From Sphyrna mokarran (lineage: Eukaryota), in NCBI GenBank assembly GCA_024679065.1, contig JAGIQG010000009.1, forward strand, positions 90,954,001 through 91,018,000: DNA of 64,000 nucleotides, written 5' to 3'. The notes under the pieces are model-generated. The model was not told the origin of the DNA. It saw only the letters and a list, made by a program, of their open reading frames with translations, and ran no database searches. The translations under genes were made by a program, and so were the position numbers. Every line of letters starts with the position of its first letter. The first letter of the stretch is position 1. Positions 37,227 to 51,484 of the stretch are shown piece by piece.

Positions 37227-39310
37227 GCATTACCCAAGGCCCTGTACTTGTGGGCACCACTGTATGTCCTGCTCTCATGCGCATGCTCCACTTTACGCTC
37301 TGTCTTTGCATGCATGTTCCACTCTATACCCTGCCCGCATATGTGCACTCCACCTTATGCCCTGCCCTCGTCACCTGCTCAACCCTACTCCTTGTCCTCC
37401 ACCCTACACCCTGCCCTCATGTGTACACTCCACCCTATACACCCTGCCCTCGCACACAAGCTCTACTCTACACCCTACCCTCATGTGTGCTCCACTCTAT
37501 GCCCTGCTCTCCCGTGTGTGCACCATCTAATGCTCTATCCTCGCATGCTCAACCCTGCTCCCTGCCCTCCAATTTTGAGCTCACCCTCACCCTTACCTTA
37601 TGCCCTGCCTTCACATGCACGTTCCAACTTCCATTACATGCATGCTCCACCCTATGCCCTGCCTTTGTGCACGAGCTACACACTACGCATTCCCTTCATG
37701 CATGAATTACACCCTATGCCCTTTCTACATGCAAGGGTTCCACCCTGTGCCCTGCCCTCACATGCATGAACTACACAACGCTATGCCCTCATGCATGAGC
37801 GCTACCCTTCACCCATCCTCACATATGCCATCCTACATTCTGCCGTGTGCTGCTCTCATGCTTCATCCTAAGCCCAGTCCTTTAGTGCACCACTGTACAC
37901 CTGCACTCACACATGCATTCCACACTACTTTGTGCACACTCCACCCTATGGCCTGCCCTTGCGCATGTGCCCCATCTGACATCCTGCCCTCATGCATGTG
38001 CTCTACCTCATGCCCTGTCCTTGTGCGCATACAGCACACTACATGCTGCCCTATGCCCTGTCCTCATGCATGCCCTCTAACCTGTGCCCTGACCTTGTGC
38101 ATGCGCTCCAACTGACACCCTGCCCAATGTGAACACTCCACCCTATGCCCTGCCCTTGTGCACGTGCCCCACTGTACGCCTTGTTTCTGTACACACATTC
38201 CAGAATATGCTCTGCCCTCACGTGCATGCACCACACAATGCCCTGCCCTAACGTGCACGCTCATCCATGTCCTGTCCTCGTGCATGCGCTGCCCTATACA
38301 CAGCCCTTATGTGGGTGTGGCACACAATGCCCTGCCCTTATGCGCACGCTCCACTCTAAGCCCTGTCCTCACGTGCGTGCTCCACCCTATACCCTGCCTT
38401 TGTATGCAAGCTCTACACTATGCCCTATCCTCGTGTGCCCACTCAACCCTACTGCCTGTCCTCCATCCAATACTCTGCTCTTAAGCGTGTGCTTCACCTT
38501 CCTCTCTGTTCTTGCATGCGAATTCTTGCCTTCACCTTGCCTTTGTGTGCGCGTCCACCTTATGCCTTATCCTCAATTGCATGCTCCACTCTATACCCTG
38601 CTCTTACACGCATGCAACATACAACACCCTGTGCTTACCTGTGCATGCAACTCCATGCCCTTTAGTCACACACGCCACCTTATGTCCTGCCTTGTATGCA
38701 ATCCACTCTACGGCCTGTCTTTGCATGTGTTCCATCCTACCGTGCTCTTGTGTGCACGCTCTACCCTACGCCCTGCCTTCACATGCATTCTTGACTCTAA
38801 GCGCTGACCTCATGTGTGCTACAACCTTCGCCCTGTTCTCCCGTGCGCGCTCAACCCTATGCTTGCCCTCCACCCTACACCCTGTCCTCACATATGCACT
38901 CCACTATATGCCCTGCCCTTGCAGGTGTGCACCACATAACGCCCTGTCCTCAAACATGCGTGATACTCTGTGCCCTGCCATTGCATGTATGTGCTACCCA
39001 ATGCCCTGCACTTGCATGCACGTGCTACCCTATGCCTTGCACTTGCACATGTGCGAGCCACCCTGTGCCCTGTCCTAGTATTCACCCTATGTCCTGTCCT
39101 AGGACTCCACTTTATGTCCTGCCCTTGCCACGCTCTTGATTCTAAGTCCTGAACTTGTGCGCGTCTTACACCTTTCACTCTGCTCTCCTACGTATGCTCA
39201 AACCTGCTCCCTGTCCTCCACCTTATATCTTGCCCTCGCGCATACACTCCACCTATGCCCTGTCCTTGTGCATGAGCTCCACCCTATACCCTGCCCTCAT
39301 GTACGCAGTC

Positions 39311-40885
39311 TAGAACATAGAACATAGAACATAGACCATTACAGCACAGAACAGGCCCTTCGGCCTTCGATGTTGTGCCGACCAAAATAAAAAGCAATGC
39401 CCCTCCAAAACTAAACCATTCCCTTCTCTTCCATATACTTATCAATTAACCTCTTAAACGCCACCAAACTTGGCGCATCTACAACAGCTGCAGGCAGGGC
39501 ATTCCACTCCCTAATCACTCTTTCAGTAAAGAACCTACCTCTGATATCCGCCCTATAACTCATACCCCTTAATTTAAAGCTGTGTCCCCTCGTGCTAGCT
39601 TTCTCCATACTAGGAAAAAGGCTATCACTGTCCACCCTATCTAAACCTCTAATCATCTTATATGCTTCAATAAGATCCCCTCTTAGCCGCCTCCTTTCTA
39701 ACGAAAACAACCTCAAATCCTTCAACCTCTCTGCATAGGACCTGCCCTCCATACCAGGCAACATCCTGGTAAACCTCCTCTGTACCCTCTCCAATGCCTC
39801 CACATCTTTCTTATAATGTGGCGACCAGAACTGCACACAATACTCCAAGTGCGGCCGCACTAGCGTTTTGTACAGTTGCAACATGATGCTGCGGCTCCTA
39901 AATTCAATCCCCCTACCAATAAAAGCTAAGACTCCATATGCCTTCTTAACAACTTATCCACTTGACTGCCTACTTTCAGGGATCTATTGACACATACACC
40001 AAGATCCTTCTGTTCCTCAACACTACTAAGAGCCCTACTATTAGCCCTATACTCTACAAATTTATTGTTCCTGCCAAAGTGCATTACCTCACACTTTTCC
40101 ACATTAAACTCCATTTGCCACCTCTCGGCCCAGCTCTGCACTTGTCCAAGTCACTCTGTAAACTAAAACACCCCTCTTCACTATCTACCACACCACCAAC
40201 TTTAGTATCATCTGCAAATTTACTGATCCATCCCTCAATACCCTCATCCAGATCATTTATAAAAAATTACAAACAGCAGGGGCCCCAAAACAGACCCCTG
40301 AGGCACACCACTCGTCACCGAACTCCAGGATGAATATCTCCCATCAACCACCACCCTCTGTCTTCTATCTGCCAGCCAATTCCTAATCCAATTAGCTAAA
40401 TCACTCTCTATTCCACACATCTGCATTTTCTGTAGAAGTCTTCCATGGGCCACCTTATCAAACGCCGTACTAAAGTCCATATATACTACATCAACCGCCT
40501 TACCCCCATCCACCTCTCTGGTCACTTTCTCAAAAAACTCAATGAGGTTAGTAAGGCATGACCTACCCTTCACGAAACCATGCTGAATGTCCCCAATCAA
40601 TTCATTTCTTTCTAAATAACTATAAATCCTATCCCTAATAATTCTCTCCAATACCTTGCCCACAACAGAAGTAAGACTCACTGGCCTATAATTCCCTGGA
40701 AGGTCTCTCTTCCCCTTCTTAAACAATGGGACCACATTCGCTATCCTCAAGTCCTCCGGAACCACACCCGTAACCAACGAGGACCTGAAGATCAGAGCCA
40801 GAGGCTCTGCAATCTCCTCTCTTGCCTCCCAGAGAATCCTAGGGTAAATCCCGTCCGGCCCAGGGGACTTATCCAACTTCAAACC
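39311..40885 (-). mobile_element. CR1 RT fragment inserted in the array
   Basis: ORFs 40253-40897, 39926-40141 and 39411-39884; (tagaaca)n tail. Confidence 0.96.
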
Positions 40886-43800
40886 CTCAAACTTCAACCC
40901 TCAAAACCCTCAAACCCTCTACTTTATGCCCTGTCCTCATGCGTTTTCCACACAATACTCTGCCCTCGTGTGTCTGCTACTCTATGTGCTGTCCTTGTGG
41001 TGTGTGCTACCCTTTGCTTTGTCCTCACCCAGGTGCACTCCATCTTATGCCCAGGCATCACACACGTTCCATCTTATGCCTTGCTCTCACATGTGCACTA
41101 CGCCCTATGCCCTGCCCCCTCCAACCTGTACCCTACCCTCACGTCACAAAATGCCCTGCTCTCGCATGCACACATGCCACACAATACCCTGCCTTTGTGC
41201 ATGTCACCTTATGTCCAGTACATATGAGTGTGCTACCCTACACCCTGTACTCACTTGCACACTACCTGACGCCCTGCACTTGCGGCACCACTCTATGTCC
41301 TGTCCTTGCACACATGCTCCACTCTATGCCTTGCTCTTTGCATGCACGCCATTCTATGACTTGCCCTTGTGCACATGCTCCACCCTATGCCCTGTCCTTG
41401 TGTGCATGTTCCACTCTATGCCCTCTCTTCATGCATGAGCCACACACTACACACTGCTTTTGTGTGGGAGCTATACTCCATGCCCTGTCCTTGGGCGCAT
41501 TTTCCACCCTATGCAGTGCCTCATACATGCAAACCACACAATACTATGCCCTCACAAGTGAACACTATCCTTCATCCTACTCTTCATCACGCGTGCCACC
41601 CTACACCTGCCCTCTTACGTGCTCTGTCCTCACGCTCCACCCTACACCCTGCCCTTATGCACGTGCTCCACCTATGCCTGCCCTCATGCACATACTCCAC
41701 ACTATGCCCTGCACTTGTGCACACCCACCAGACAACGCTCTGTCCTCATGCATGTGCTCCTGGACCCTGCCATTGTCTGCACTCTTCACCCTAAGCTCTG
41801 CCCTCACTTGCATGCCCTCATATGTCCTGCCCTGGCACACCTGCTCCACCTGTGCCATGCGTTTGTGCACACATTCCACCCTACACCTTGTGTTCGCATG
41901 CATGCTCTATTCTACTCTCTGCCCATGCGCGCTCTGCCCTATGACCTGCCCTATGACAAGCTATACATTATGCACTGCCTTTCTACGTGATCTACACCCA
42001 ATGTCCTGTGCTTGTGCACATGCTCCACCTTACATCTTGCTCCCACACGTGTGAACCACATAACACCATGCTCTCATGCATGAACACCACCCTTCACCCT
42101 CCCCTCACTCGTGTCACCTTACCCTCTCGCATGCTCTGCCCTCACACTATGCCCTATAGTCACATATGCCCACCACACAACACCCTATCCTTGAGCGCAT
42201 GTTTCCACCCTACACCCTGCGATCATTCAAACCTACTCACTGCCTCTACCCTACACCCTATCCTTGCATGCGAACTTCACCCTACATCCTGCGCTCATGC
42301 ACGTGCTGCACTTCACCCCTTGCCCTCATACATGTGCCCAACCCTACACCCTGTTCTTCTGCACGTGCTCCACTCTACACCGTCCTCACATGCGCACCAT
42401 GCATTTCCCTGCCCTCACGTGTGTGTGTTCCACTCTACACCCTGTCAACATGCATGCGCCACCCTAATGCTGCCCTCGCACATGCTCATCACCATGTGTC
42501 CTATCATTGTGCGTGTGGTCCACCCTATGCCTTGCCATCGCACACAATGCCTAGTCCTCATGCCCATGTTTTGCGCAATGTCATGTTCTCAGGCATGTTA
42601 CTCTACTTCCTGCCCTTGCACGTACACCTCCTCTACACCCTACATTCACGTGCACAACCCTACGCATTGCCCTCATGCATGCACTCCACCCTATGCCCTG
42701 CCCTCATACGTGCGCTTCACCCCTTGCCCTGCCTGCATGGCTGCTCAACCGTATTCCCTGCCCTACATCCTGCGCTCACATGCATGCTTCACCCTACACC
42801 CTGCACTTGCATGCTAACTCCACCTTACATCTTGCCTTCATGTGCTAGCTCTACTCTACGCCATCCTCACATGCGCGCTCCTCCCTACACCCTACCTTGC
42901 ACATGGGCATCACACAATGTCCTGCTCTTGCATGCAAGCTACTCTATGACTATTCGCATGTACGCCACTTTACACCCTGCCCTCAAGTGCCCTCAACACC
43001 TATGCCCTGCCCTCACACATGCGCACCACACAGCATCCTGCCCTTGTGTGCTAGCTACCCTATGACCTATTCGCGTTCGCTCCACCTTATGCCCTTCGTT
43101 CAAGTGCATGCTCCACCTTACGTCCTGAACTTGCACGCATGTTCAACCTTATCCCTCCCTACATCGTACAGCTCGCCCTCACGAGCACACACCATCCTAT
43201 GCTCTGCCCTCATGCGTGTGCTCCCCCCTACTCCCTGCAATCCAAGCTACATCCTGCCCTTGCACGTGAGCTCTACTCATACCTTGCCGTCATGCACATG
43301 CTCCAACCTATGCCATCCTCATGCATGCACTCCATACACCATCATGTTCTCACATGTGCATGCTACCCTATGACCTATAGTTGTGTGCTCTACTCTATGC
43401 CCTGCCCTCATGTGTACTTCACTCTATGGCATGCCCTCATGCACAAGATCCACTCTATATCTGACCTCCATCTTACGGACTGCCCTCACATGTGCAATCT
43501 ACTCTAAACCTGCCCTCAGATGCGAGTTCCACCTTACATACTGCCCTCAAACGCGCACTCCATTCTACCTGTCTCATGTGTGTAGTCCACCCTCTGCCAT
43601 GCCCTCTCATGCACACTCCATCCTATGCCCTGCCCTTGCCATAGAATGCTCTGTCTTCACGGATGTCACCATAGGGCATTGTGTGGTGTGAGTTTGAGGG
43701 CAGGGTGTAGAGTGGAATACATGCATGAGAACAGGGTGTTGGGGGGGGGCACGTGCATGATGGTATGGGGTAGAGTGCAGCACATGCATGAGTTCAGGGT

Positions 43801-46680
43801 GTTGGGTGGAGCCCACACATGAGAGCAGTATCTTTGCGCATGACCTATAGCTATGTCCTGTCCTCACGTACATGCTCCACTCTATCCCCTGCCATCATGC
43901 TTGCGGACCACACAATGTCATCCACTCGTGTGTGAGTGCTGCCCTTTACCCTAACCTCACACATGCCACCCCATGCCCTTATGCATGCCCAGCCCTCACG
44001 CTCCATTCTATGTGCTGCCTTTGAGCGTGCGCTCTACCCTACCCCTGCACTTGCACATGCCCACCGCACAACATCCTGCCCTCACACACATGTTCCACCC
44101 TTCACCCTATCCTCATGCACATGCACCACACAACACCCTGCCCTTGCACATGTGTGCTACTCTACATCCTGCCGTTGCGCACCACCCTACACCCTATATT
44201 TGCACGCATCACCTTCTACCCTGCGCTCACACACACACTGCACCATATGCCCTGCCCTCATATGTGCGCTTCAGCCCTGCACGCGTGCTCACTCAACCCT
44301 ACTCCCTGCCTCCACCCTAAGCCCTGCACTCACATGCGCGGTCCACCATACACTCTGAACTTACATGCAAACTCCAGTCTATGCCATCCTCACACGCATG
44401 CTACTCCCTACGCCCTGCCTCGCACATGCGGACCATACAATATCTTGCCCTCGCGTGCATGCTACCCTATAAACCTATATTTGTGTGCACCACCTTATGT
44501 GCTGCCCTCAAGTGCACACTCCACCCTCCACATGCTCAATTCTATTCCCTGCCCTACACCGTATGGCTTACCTACTCACTCACACACTCCATTCTATTCC
44601 CTGTCTTCACACGTGTGCTCCACCCTACACCCTGCCCTTGCACGTGAGCTCCATCCCACACCTTGTCCTCATGTGCTCCATCCTATGCCATCTCATGCAT
44701 GAGCTCCACACAATGTCCTGCCTTCACATGTGCATGTACTCTATGACTTATAGTTGTCCGTTCTACCCTACACCCTGCCCTCAAACTCACTCCTCATGCG
44801 CATCATCCTCATGCGTGCATTCCACCCTCTGCCTTGCCCTCTCACACGCGCTCCATCCTCACCACACAATGCTGTCATCACAGATGTCACCCTACACCCT
44901 GCCATGCGGCAATGCCTTCGCATGTGACCTACATCCTTTTCTCTGAACTCGCATACATGCTCCATGCTACGCCTTTCCCTTAAACGTATGAACCACAGAA
45001 CGCCATGCCCTTGTATGTGAGGATTACCCTTTTCCCTAACCACACGCATGCATTGTCTCACTCTCCACCTTATACCTGTCTTCTTGCATGTACTCCACAC
45101 TAACCCTGTCCTTGTGTGCCATCCTATGTCCTGCCCTCATGCATGCCCTCCACCTTAAGCCCTGCCCTCGCTCACGTGTTCCACCTAATGTCACTCCCCA
45201 GCGCTCATGCTCCATTCTGTACCCTGTCCTCATGTGTGCGCTGTACCCTAAGTCCTGCCTTCACGTGCAGGAATTCATAACTTCTGGCTCAACTTTGTGC
45301 AGAATTAAAAGATACAGTGTAATTAATAAACAACACCTTGCCCTCACGTATGCGCCACCCTATGAACTGCCCTAACCCACAAGTCATCCTGCGCCTTGCC
45401 ATTGCATGCGTATCCCACTTTATGCCATGCCCTCACACATGTGCTCTATTCTATGCCCTGCCTTCGTGCATGCACCACACAAGCACTACCCTGGCACATG
45501 CCCTTCACACACTGCCCTGCCTTTGTGTGTGCCACCCTACATTCAGCACTCGCACATACCATCCTAGCCCCTGTCCTGTACAAGCACTCTACCCTATGCC
45601 CAGCCCTCACGCACCCGCTCTGCTCTACTGCCTGCCCTCCACCCTATGCACTGCCCTTACACTCATGCCAGCCTGTACCCTGTCCATCACATGTGTGCTC
45701 TGCCCTACACCCAGCCCTCATGTGTGCCACCCTATGCCCTGCAACACAATACGCCCTCCACTCATACTCGCTCGACCCTATGCCCTGTCCTCATGTGCAT
45801 ACCACCCTATGCAGTTCCTTTGCACTTGTGCCCGCCCTGTGTCCTGCCATCATATGTGTGCTCCACATTATGTTGTGCCCTCATACATGTATTCCATCCT
45901 ATGTCCTGCCCTCACATGTGCCATTCTACGCCCTGCACTCATACATGCATCACCCTATACCCTGCATTCGCATGCATGCCATCCCAAACCCTATCCTCAT
46001 GCACACACACCGCACAATGCCATGCCCTCACGTGTTTGCACTTCCCTTCGCCCTACTCTCAGTGGCGTAGCCAGTTCCGAAAGTTAGGTGGAGCGAGCAC
46101 ATAAAAAAGGAGCCATGACATAATAAATGACCACCCTCTCATTACTATTCTGCCAATCACTGCCCACCCTGCACTGACATCACCATAGTTTGGAGTTATC
46201 ATGTCGCACACAAACCAACCGTTTTTTTCTCAGTAATTTATTTTCTTTTCTTTAAAAAGCTTTTATTTTTGAAAAGGCCCCACTTCTGAAAAATGACTAT
46301 TACTGAATCCCGATGTTCATCTGTAGACCAGGCCATCCCACTGAAGAGCAGGGCTGAGGAGCCATATCCACATTGGCGGAGCTTGTGGATGGATCATGCT
46401 CTGATTGGTAAACTCAGCTGTCAATCGGCACTGAGTGAGGTCCTGTGTTCCGGATTGGCAGAGCAGGGGGAGGGAGGGGAAACATTTTGTCCTAGGATTG
46501 GTTTATCGAGTTGTTAGTCAGGGGGTTGGATGTGGGTCTTCCCCATACACCACAATATATAACCACAAAATATACATTTTTGAAAAAACAAAAATCACAG
46601 GTAGGCTGTAATTAATGAATTCCGTGCACAAAGTTTGAAAGGCATTCAAAATCCCCTTGTGTGGACATTTGCAGACAGTA

Positions 46681-47123
46681 AAACAAAGAACAAAGAACAA
46701 CACAGCATAGGAAACAAGCCCTTCAGCCAAACAAGCCTGCGCCGCCATTTTAACATTCAGTGAATGCCTCATCTACCTTTTTCTACCCATGACTTTTCTC
46801 TATGCCAGATTTGGGAATTCTAATTTAGGGACAATTTGTTAACACCAATCAGCCTAAAAGCAGGAAACTGGAGCACCCTGGGAAAATCCACGCAAGTATG
46901 GGGAGAATGTGCAAACTCCCATCGACACCAACCTAAGTTGGAGATCTGACCCAGGTCCATGTATCTGCACAACAAACAGTGATAGTCACTGAGCTGTTGT
47001 GTTGCCCATCAGTTGGTCCAGTTTAAGTGTACACTAAAGACATGAAGCAACATCCAAGAGTAACCCTCGCACGACCCACTGCGTGTATGCCCTTTGTCGG
47101 CCAACAAGGCAGACCGAATCACC
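46681..47123 (-). mobile_element. Solo copy (C) of the CR1 3'UTR module (structure + V-SINE + tail)
   Basis: Aligns to 32345-32755 with no ORF2 sequence; part of the apical hairpin is deleted. Confidence 0.9.
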
Positions 47124-47519
47124 ATTAAAAAAGGGACAATAAATATTTCTCTTTGACACTATAATCTCAGGAGTGCTGTGAGATAGTTAATTTCACAGAG
47201 AAATGGGACATTTCAACTTCATAACTTCTGGCTCAACTTTGTGACAGAATTAAAAGATACAGTTAATAAATGAGTACTGGTGTGTTTACCCGTTCACCTC
47301 ACTGCACTTTACATGAGTGTTTCTGCCATTCAGTTCCTAGGTTATGGACATTCACAATACAGGTTCCAGCCTCTCTGTAAGCTTGTCAGTTACTGGGTGA
47401 GGAGTCATGCTCCCGATTGGTTTATCAAGCTGTCAGTTAGGAGCTCAGTAGATAGTGAGTATAAAAGGCACCACTTTTGAAAAATATGCTCAGGGAGAGT
47501 GGTCGCTCCCCCTGCAGTC

Positions 47520-48062
47520 CCCCAGCTATGCTATTGCCCATCCTATGCCATGCACTCCCACGTGCTCTTTCCCAAATCCTGTCCTCTATGCCCAGTCCTT
47601 GCGCAAGGGCACCATACCATGTCCTACGCTCATACGTGCATGCTACTCTACACTATATACTCGCATGTGCTACCCTATGCCCTGCTCTTACAGATGCCCT
47701 ACATATTCCCTGCCTTGTGTGCCTGCTCAATCCTACTCCCTGCCCTCCACCCTATGCCCTGTCCTCGTGCACGCATTCAGGGTATAGGGTGGTGTGCGTA
47801 CACAAGACCAGGGCCTAAGATGGGACACTCACGAGGATAGTGCATAGGCTGGAGCATGCATACAAGGGTTAGGCGTAGGTTGGAGTTCCCGCATACCACT
47901 ACAACCTGCCCACCCCAGCCTGCCCTCATGTACATGCTACTAACGCCCTGCCTCACGTGTCAACACAATGTCCATACCCTTGTGTACATGCTCATGCTAC
48001 GCTCTGCCCTTATGTTCTCACCCTGCATCCTGCCCTCGCGTGCTCCACTCTATGCCCTGCCC
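47520..48062. repeat. Outlying block of the 31-bp array with an internal inversion
   Basis: Same ccctatgccctg motifs; G-rich orientation at 47778-47885. Confidence 0.85.
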
Positions 48063-49064
48063 AGGAGGAAAACCACAAGGCATCTTCGAGACCTGCCTGC
48101 AACATCCCTTGAGCTCCACTAGCAGCATTTACCTCCTCACGCCAGTTCAAGGCTGCCACACTAGGCTGCGATCTTAAATACCTGTTCTGATTTGTGCCAA
48201 AATTACATCACGACAAAAAGGTGGGAGACACAAACATGGGCAGAGATTATCATGTGGATTTTGATAATAGTATGTAAAGGTATGAAAACTTATGCTAAAC
48301 AGCAGCCTGACGGTTTTCAGCAGGTTTCTGACAGCATCCTTTATTTCTGGCTGGGAAACGTGCGCAGGTTGAGAAAACTATCAGGGAATCCGCAAAATGG
48401 CCAACATGCACATTTCCTGGTTGGACCAGCCAGAAAAGTGGCGAGCTGCAAGGGGAGAATTGTGGCTTAATGGCAGAATTTAATTCCCTCTCCCATGACG
48501 AGTTTGGAAATGGGGACAACATTTAATCGAGCAACCTGATGGTGGGTGGCGAAATGGATGTCCTACCCTGACTGTGAAATTTTTGTGAATTCCCCTAAAC
48601 CCCTCCAATCCTGCTCTCATTCATCTGTGTCTTTGATTCCCTGCTAAACCTGAACTTCTGCTGCAGCACTGCCTCTATCATTGCTGCCTGAAATGGATAG
48701 TTTTCCGCTCTCCAGCACCAGAATCTTTAATCCCACCAAGTCCTCTTCCTTCCACTGAAGCATCTGAAAGAAGGCAGCACAGAGGTTTTGCGGACTCTTC
48801 AGCTGGCTACTGAAACTCCCATCACCTACATTGAATCCTGCACAATTCCACCAGTTCTGATGCCAGGGGAGGAGACATGAATCTAGGACTCCTCTCCCAT
48901 TATAATAAAAAAGGTCTCATTAATTTTGCAGCATCATCTTTCCACTTTTTTTTAGCTCCATTCCAATGTTTTTTATTTAATCAGATTCCAGAATATTTTT
49001 TTCCAGCCCAAAACAAAGGGATGAAAACTTCACCTTCTTGGAGTAGAGAAAACCCCATCCCACC

Positions 49065-50790
49065 CTATAAAGTCCCACAAAAGAAATTAGTAAGCAAAAT
49101 TAGAGCACATGGGATTGAGAGTAATATACTGGCATGGATTGTGAATCACTAATGGACAGACTGGAAATAAACGGGCGATTCTCAGTTGGCAAGTTGTCTA
49201 GTATTGCAAGGATCTGTAAATATCACTGCTGTCCCAGAGGACCACGGACTGCTTTCCTCCTTTTGGACCCCACTGGGAATATGAGTTGTAAAGTAGATGC
49301 AAAGAAGTTTCAAGAAAAGTTAAACAGACTGGGCAAAAAATGTGGCAAATGTGAAATTATCTACTTTGGTAGGAAAACAGAAATGTGGAGTATTTTTTAA
49401 ATAGAAATTTGGAAATGCTGATGTCAAAAGAGACTTGAATGTTCTTGTTCATAAATTGCTGAAAGTGAAGGTGCAGCAAGCAATGGGTAATTTTTGAAAG
49501 TTCATTCATGTGATGTGGGTATCACTGGCTTGGTTAGAAATTATTGCCCATTCCTAATTGCCTTTCAGAAGGTGATCCTGAGTTGCCTTCTCAATCTGAG
49601 ACTGAAACACATCAAGATTCTGTCTCAGATAAACTAGGGCATTAAGTAGCATTACTTCACACCTACCAATAGATAATTTATGAAAGAATAAACATGTTCC
49701 TCAGACAGTTCTTCAAGTATAGGCACACCCACGGTGTTGTTAGGGAGGGAACTCCAGAATTGTGACACACAACAAAGGAACAGCAATATATTTCCAAATC
49801 AGGATTAGAATGGTATTTGGTTTGAGGGGCAATTCCAGATGGTAGTGGTGTGGCTTTCCCATATGTCCATTGTAATGGTAGATGGTAATAGTTATGTTTC
49901 TGGAAGGTGCTGTCTAAGGAGGCTTGGTGAGTTCCGACAGTGTATCTTGTAGATAGTACACACTGCTCCACTTTGCATCGGTGAGAGAGGGATTGAATAT
50001 TTGTGGATGGGGTGAGAATCAAGCAGGCTGCTTTATCCGAGATAGTGACAAGCTTCTTGAGTTTTGGAACTGCACAATCCAAGTGAGTGGAGAGTATTCC
50101 ATCACACTCTTGATTAGTATGTTGTGGCTTTGGGGAGTCAAGAGGTGAGTTGTTCGCTGCCTACCCTCTGATGTGTTCTTGTAGCCACAGTTTTTATGTA
50201 GCCAGTCCAATTCAAATTCTGGTTAATCATGACCTTCAGAATGGTGATAGTAGGGATTTCATTGCGGTAAAGCCATTGAATGTCATGGGGAGATGGTTAG
50301 ATTCTATCTTGTTGGAGTTAATCTTTATTGCAAGAGGATGTGAAATACAAGAATCAAGATGTCTTGCTGCAATTGGATAGAGCCTTGGTGCGGCCATACT
50401 TCGCTGTATTGTGTACAGCATTTGTCTTTTTATCTAATGAAGGGTATATTTCCCACAGAGAGAGTGCAATGAAGGTTAATTGGGCTAATCCCTGGGAATG
50501 AGGAATTATCCTATGACAAAATATTGAGGTGACTTGGCCTGTATTTTCTATTGTCTAGAAGAATGAGAGATGATCTAATTGAAGCATGCATAATTCTTCC
50601 TGGATTGGAAGGGTCAATACAGGAAGGATGTCTCCCCAGCTCAAGGTTCTAGAACCGGGAAGAACGGTCTCAGTAAAAGAGGTAGACCATTTAGAACTGA
50701 AATGAGTGGGAATTTCTTCATTCAGAGGGTGATGAGTCTTTGGAATTCTCTACCATAAAGGACTGTGGAGGCTCAGTCATTGAGTATTTG
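49065..50790 (+). mobile_element. Old CR1 (plus) interrupted by a second-lineage LINE 3' part (~49500-50330, minus)
   Basis: KVPQKKLVSKIRAHGI and KCEIIYFGRK; insert has SVMEYSPLTW and DKAACLI. Confidence 0.75.
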
Positions 50791-51484
50791 ACCATATATA
50801 TACATATCCTTATAATCGGTACTCTCTAGACTGATTCTACTTACATCCTGGTGTGGGTGATACTGTACTCAGTCCCACTTGGGAACCAGTCCCTTCTGCT
50901 ACATCCATCTCAAGTTTTTATGGATATAGATTGATTTTAGTTTTCTTCCAGGTTATTTCAACTCTTCCATTTCAATAAGTCTCGTGTATTAACTTTACTG
51001 TCACAGCGATAAACTATTCTAATCCCATGCTATTTCATTATTAACATTAACAGGTATGCATTAATAACATTCTTATTCCCAAATTTATCATCAAGTCCCT
51101 GACATTGAAGATTGAGTGGTCTGGAGGTCATACATCCACCACAGTGCTTCAGTGAAGAACACAAAACAGTTGTGTGGTCAGAAGGCTGCTGAAGGACTTC
51201 TCATTCCATGACAGCATGCTACAGATTGGAAACAGATCAGGAGGCACAGTCTGGGTGCTGTTGGGGCACCAGAAAGTGTGAGGTATGCAAATTAATTGAT
51301 GCTATATTGCTTTGTCTGTTTTCTTTATTTGTTATGATGTGGCTAGGAGACCAAGTCAAACTTTGGGTTAGCTAACGAAATTTACAACTGTGTTTTTGTC
51401 TAATTGGATCAGAGAAAAAATTCTTGGAACTGGCTAGCCTGGAAATTTAAAATTTTGTCTTACGTTGAAGCCTGTTTGTTATGA

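Larger units (their letters stand above)
34930..46058. repeat. Degenerate 31-bp tandem array, consensus CTCCACCCTAYRCCCTGCCCT(YR)5
   Basis: Consecutive 31-nt units counted at 38136-38260; roughly 300 units after subtracting the two CR1 inserts. Confidence 0.93.

Noticed and set aside
40878-40920. Telomeric repeat
   Set aside because: The unit is AAACCCTC, derived from the CR1 end itself, not CCCTAA.
35013-46104. Many long Cys/His/Pro-rich ORFs (up to 371 aa) resembling keratin-associated or metal-binding proteins
   Set aside because: They occur in all three frames of a stop-poor C-rich repeat. The 31-bp period is not a multiple of three, and LINEs and inversions interrupt the array.
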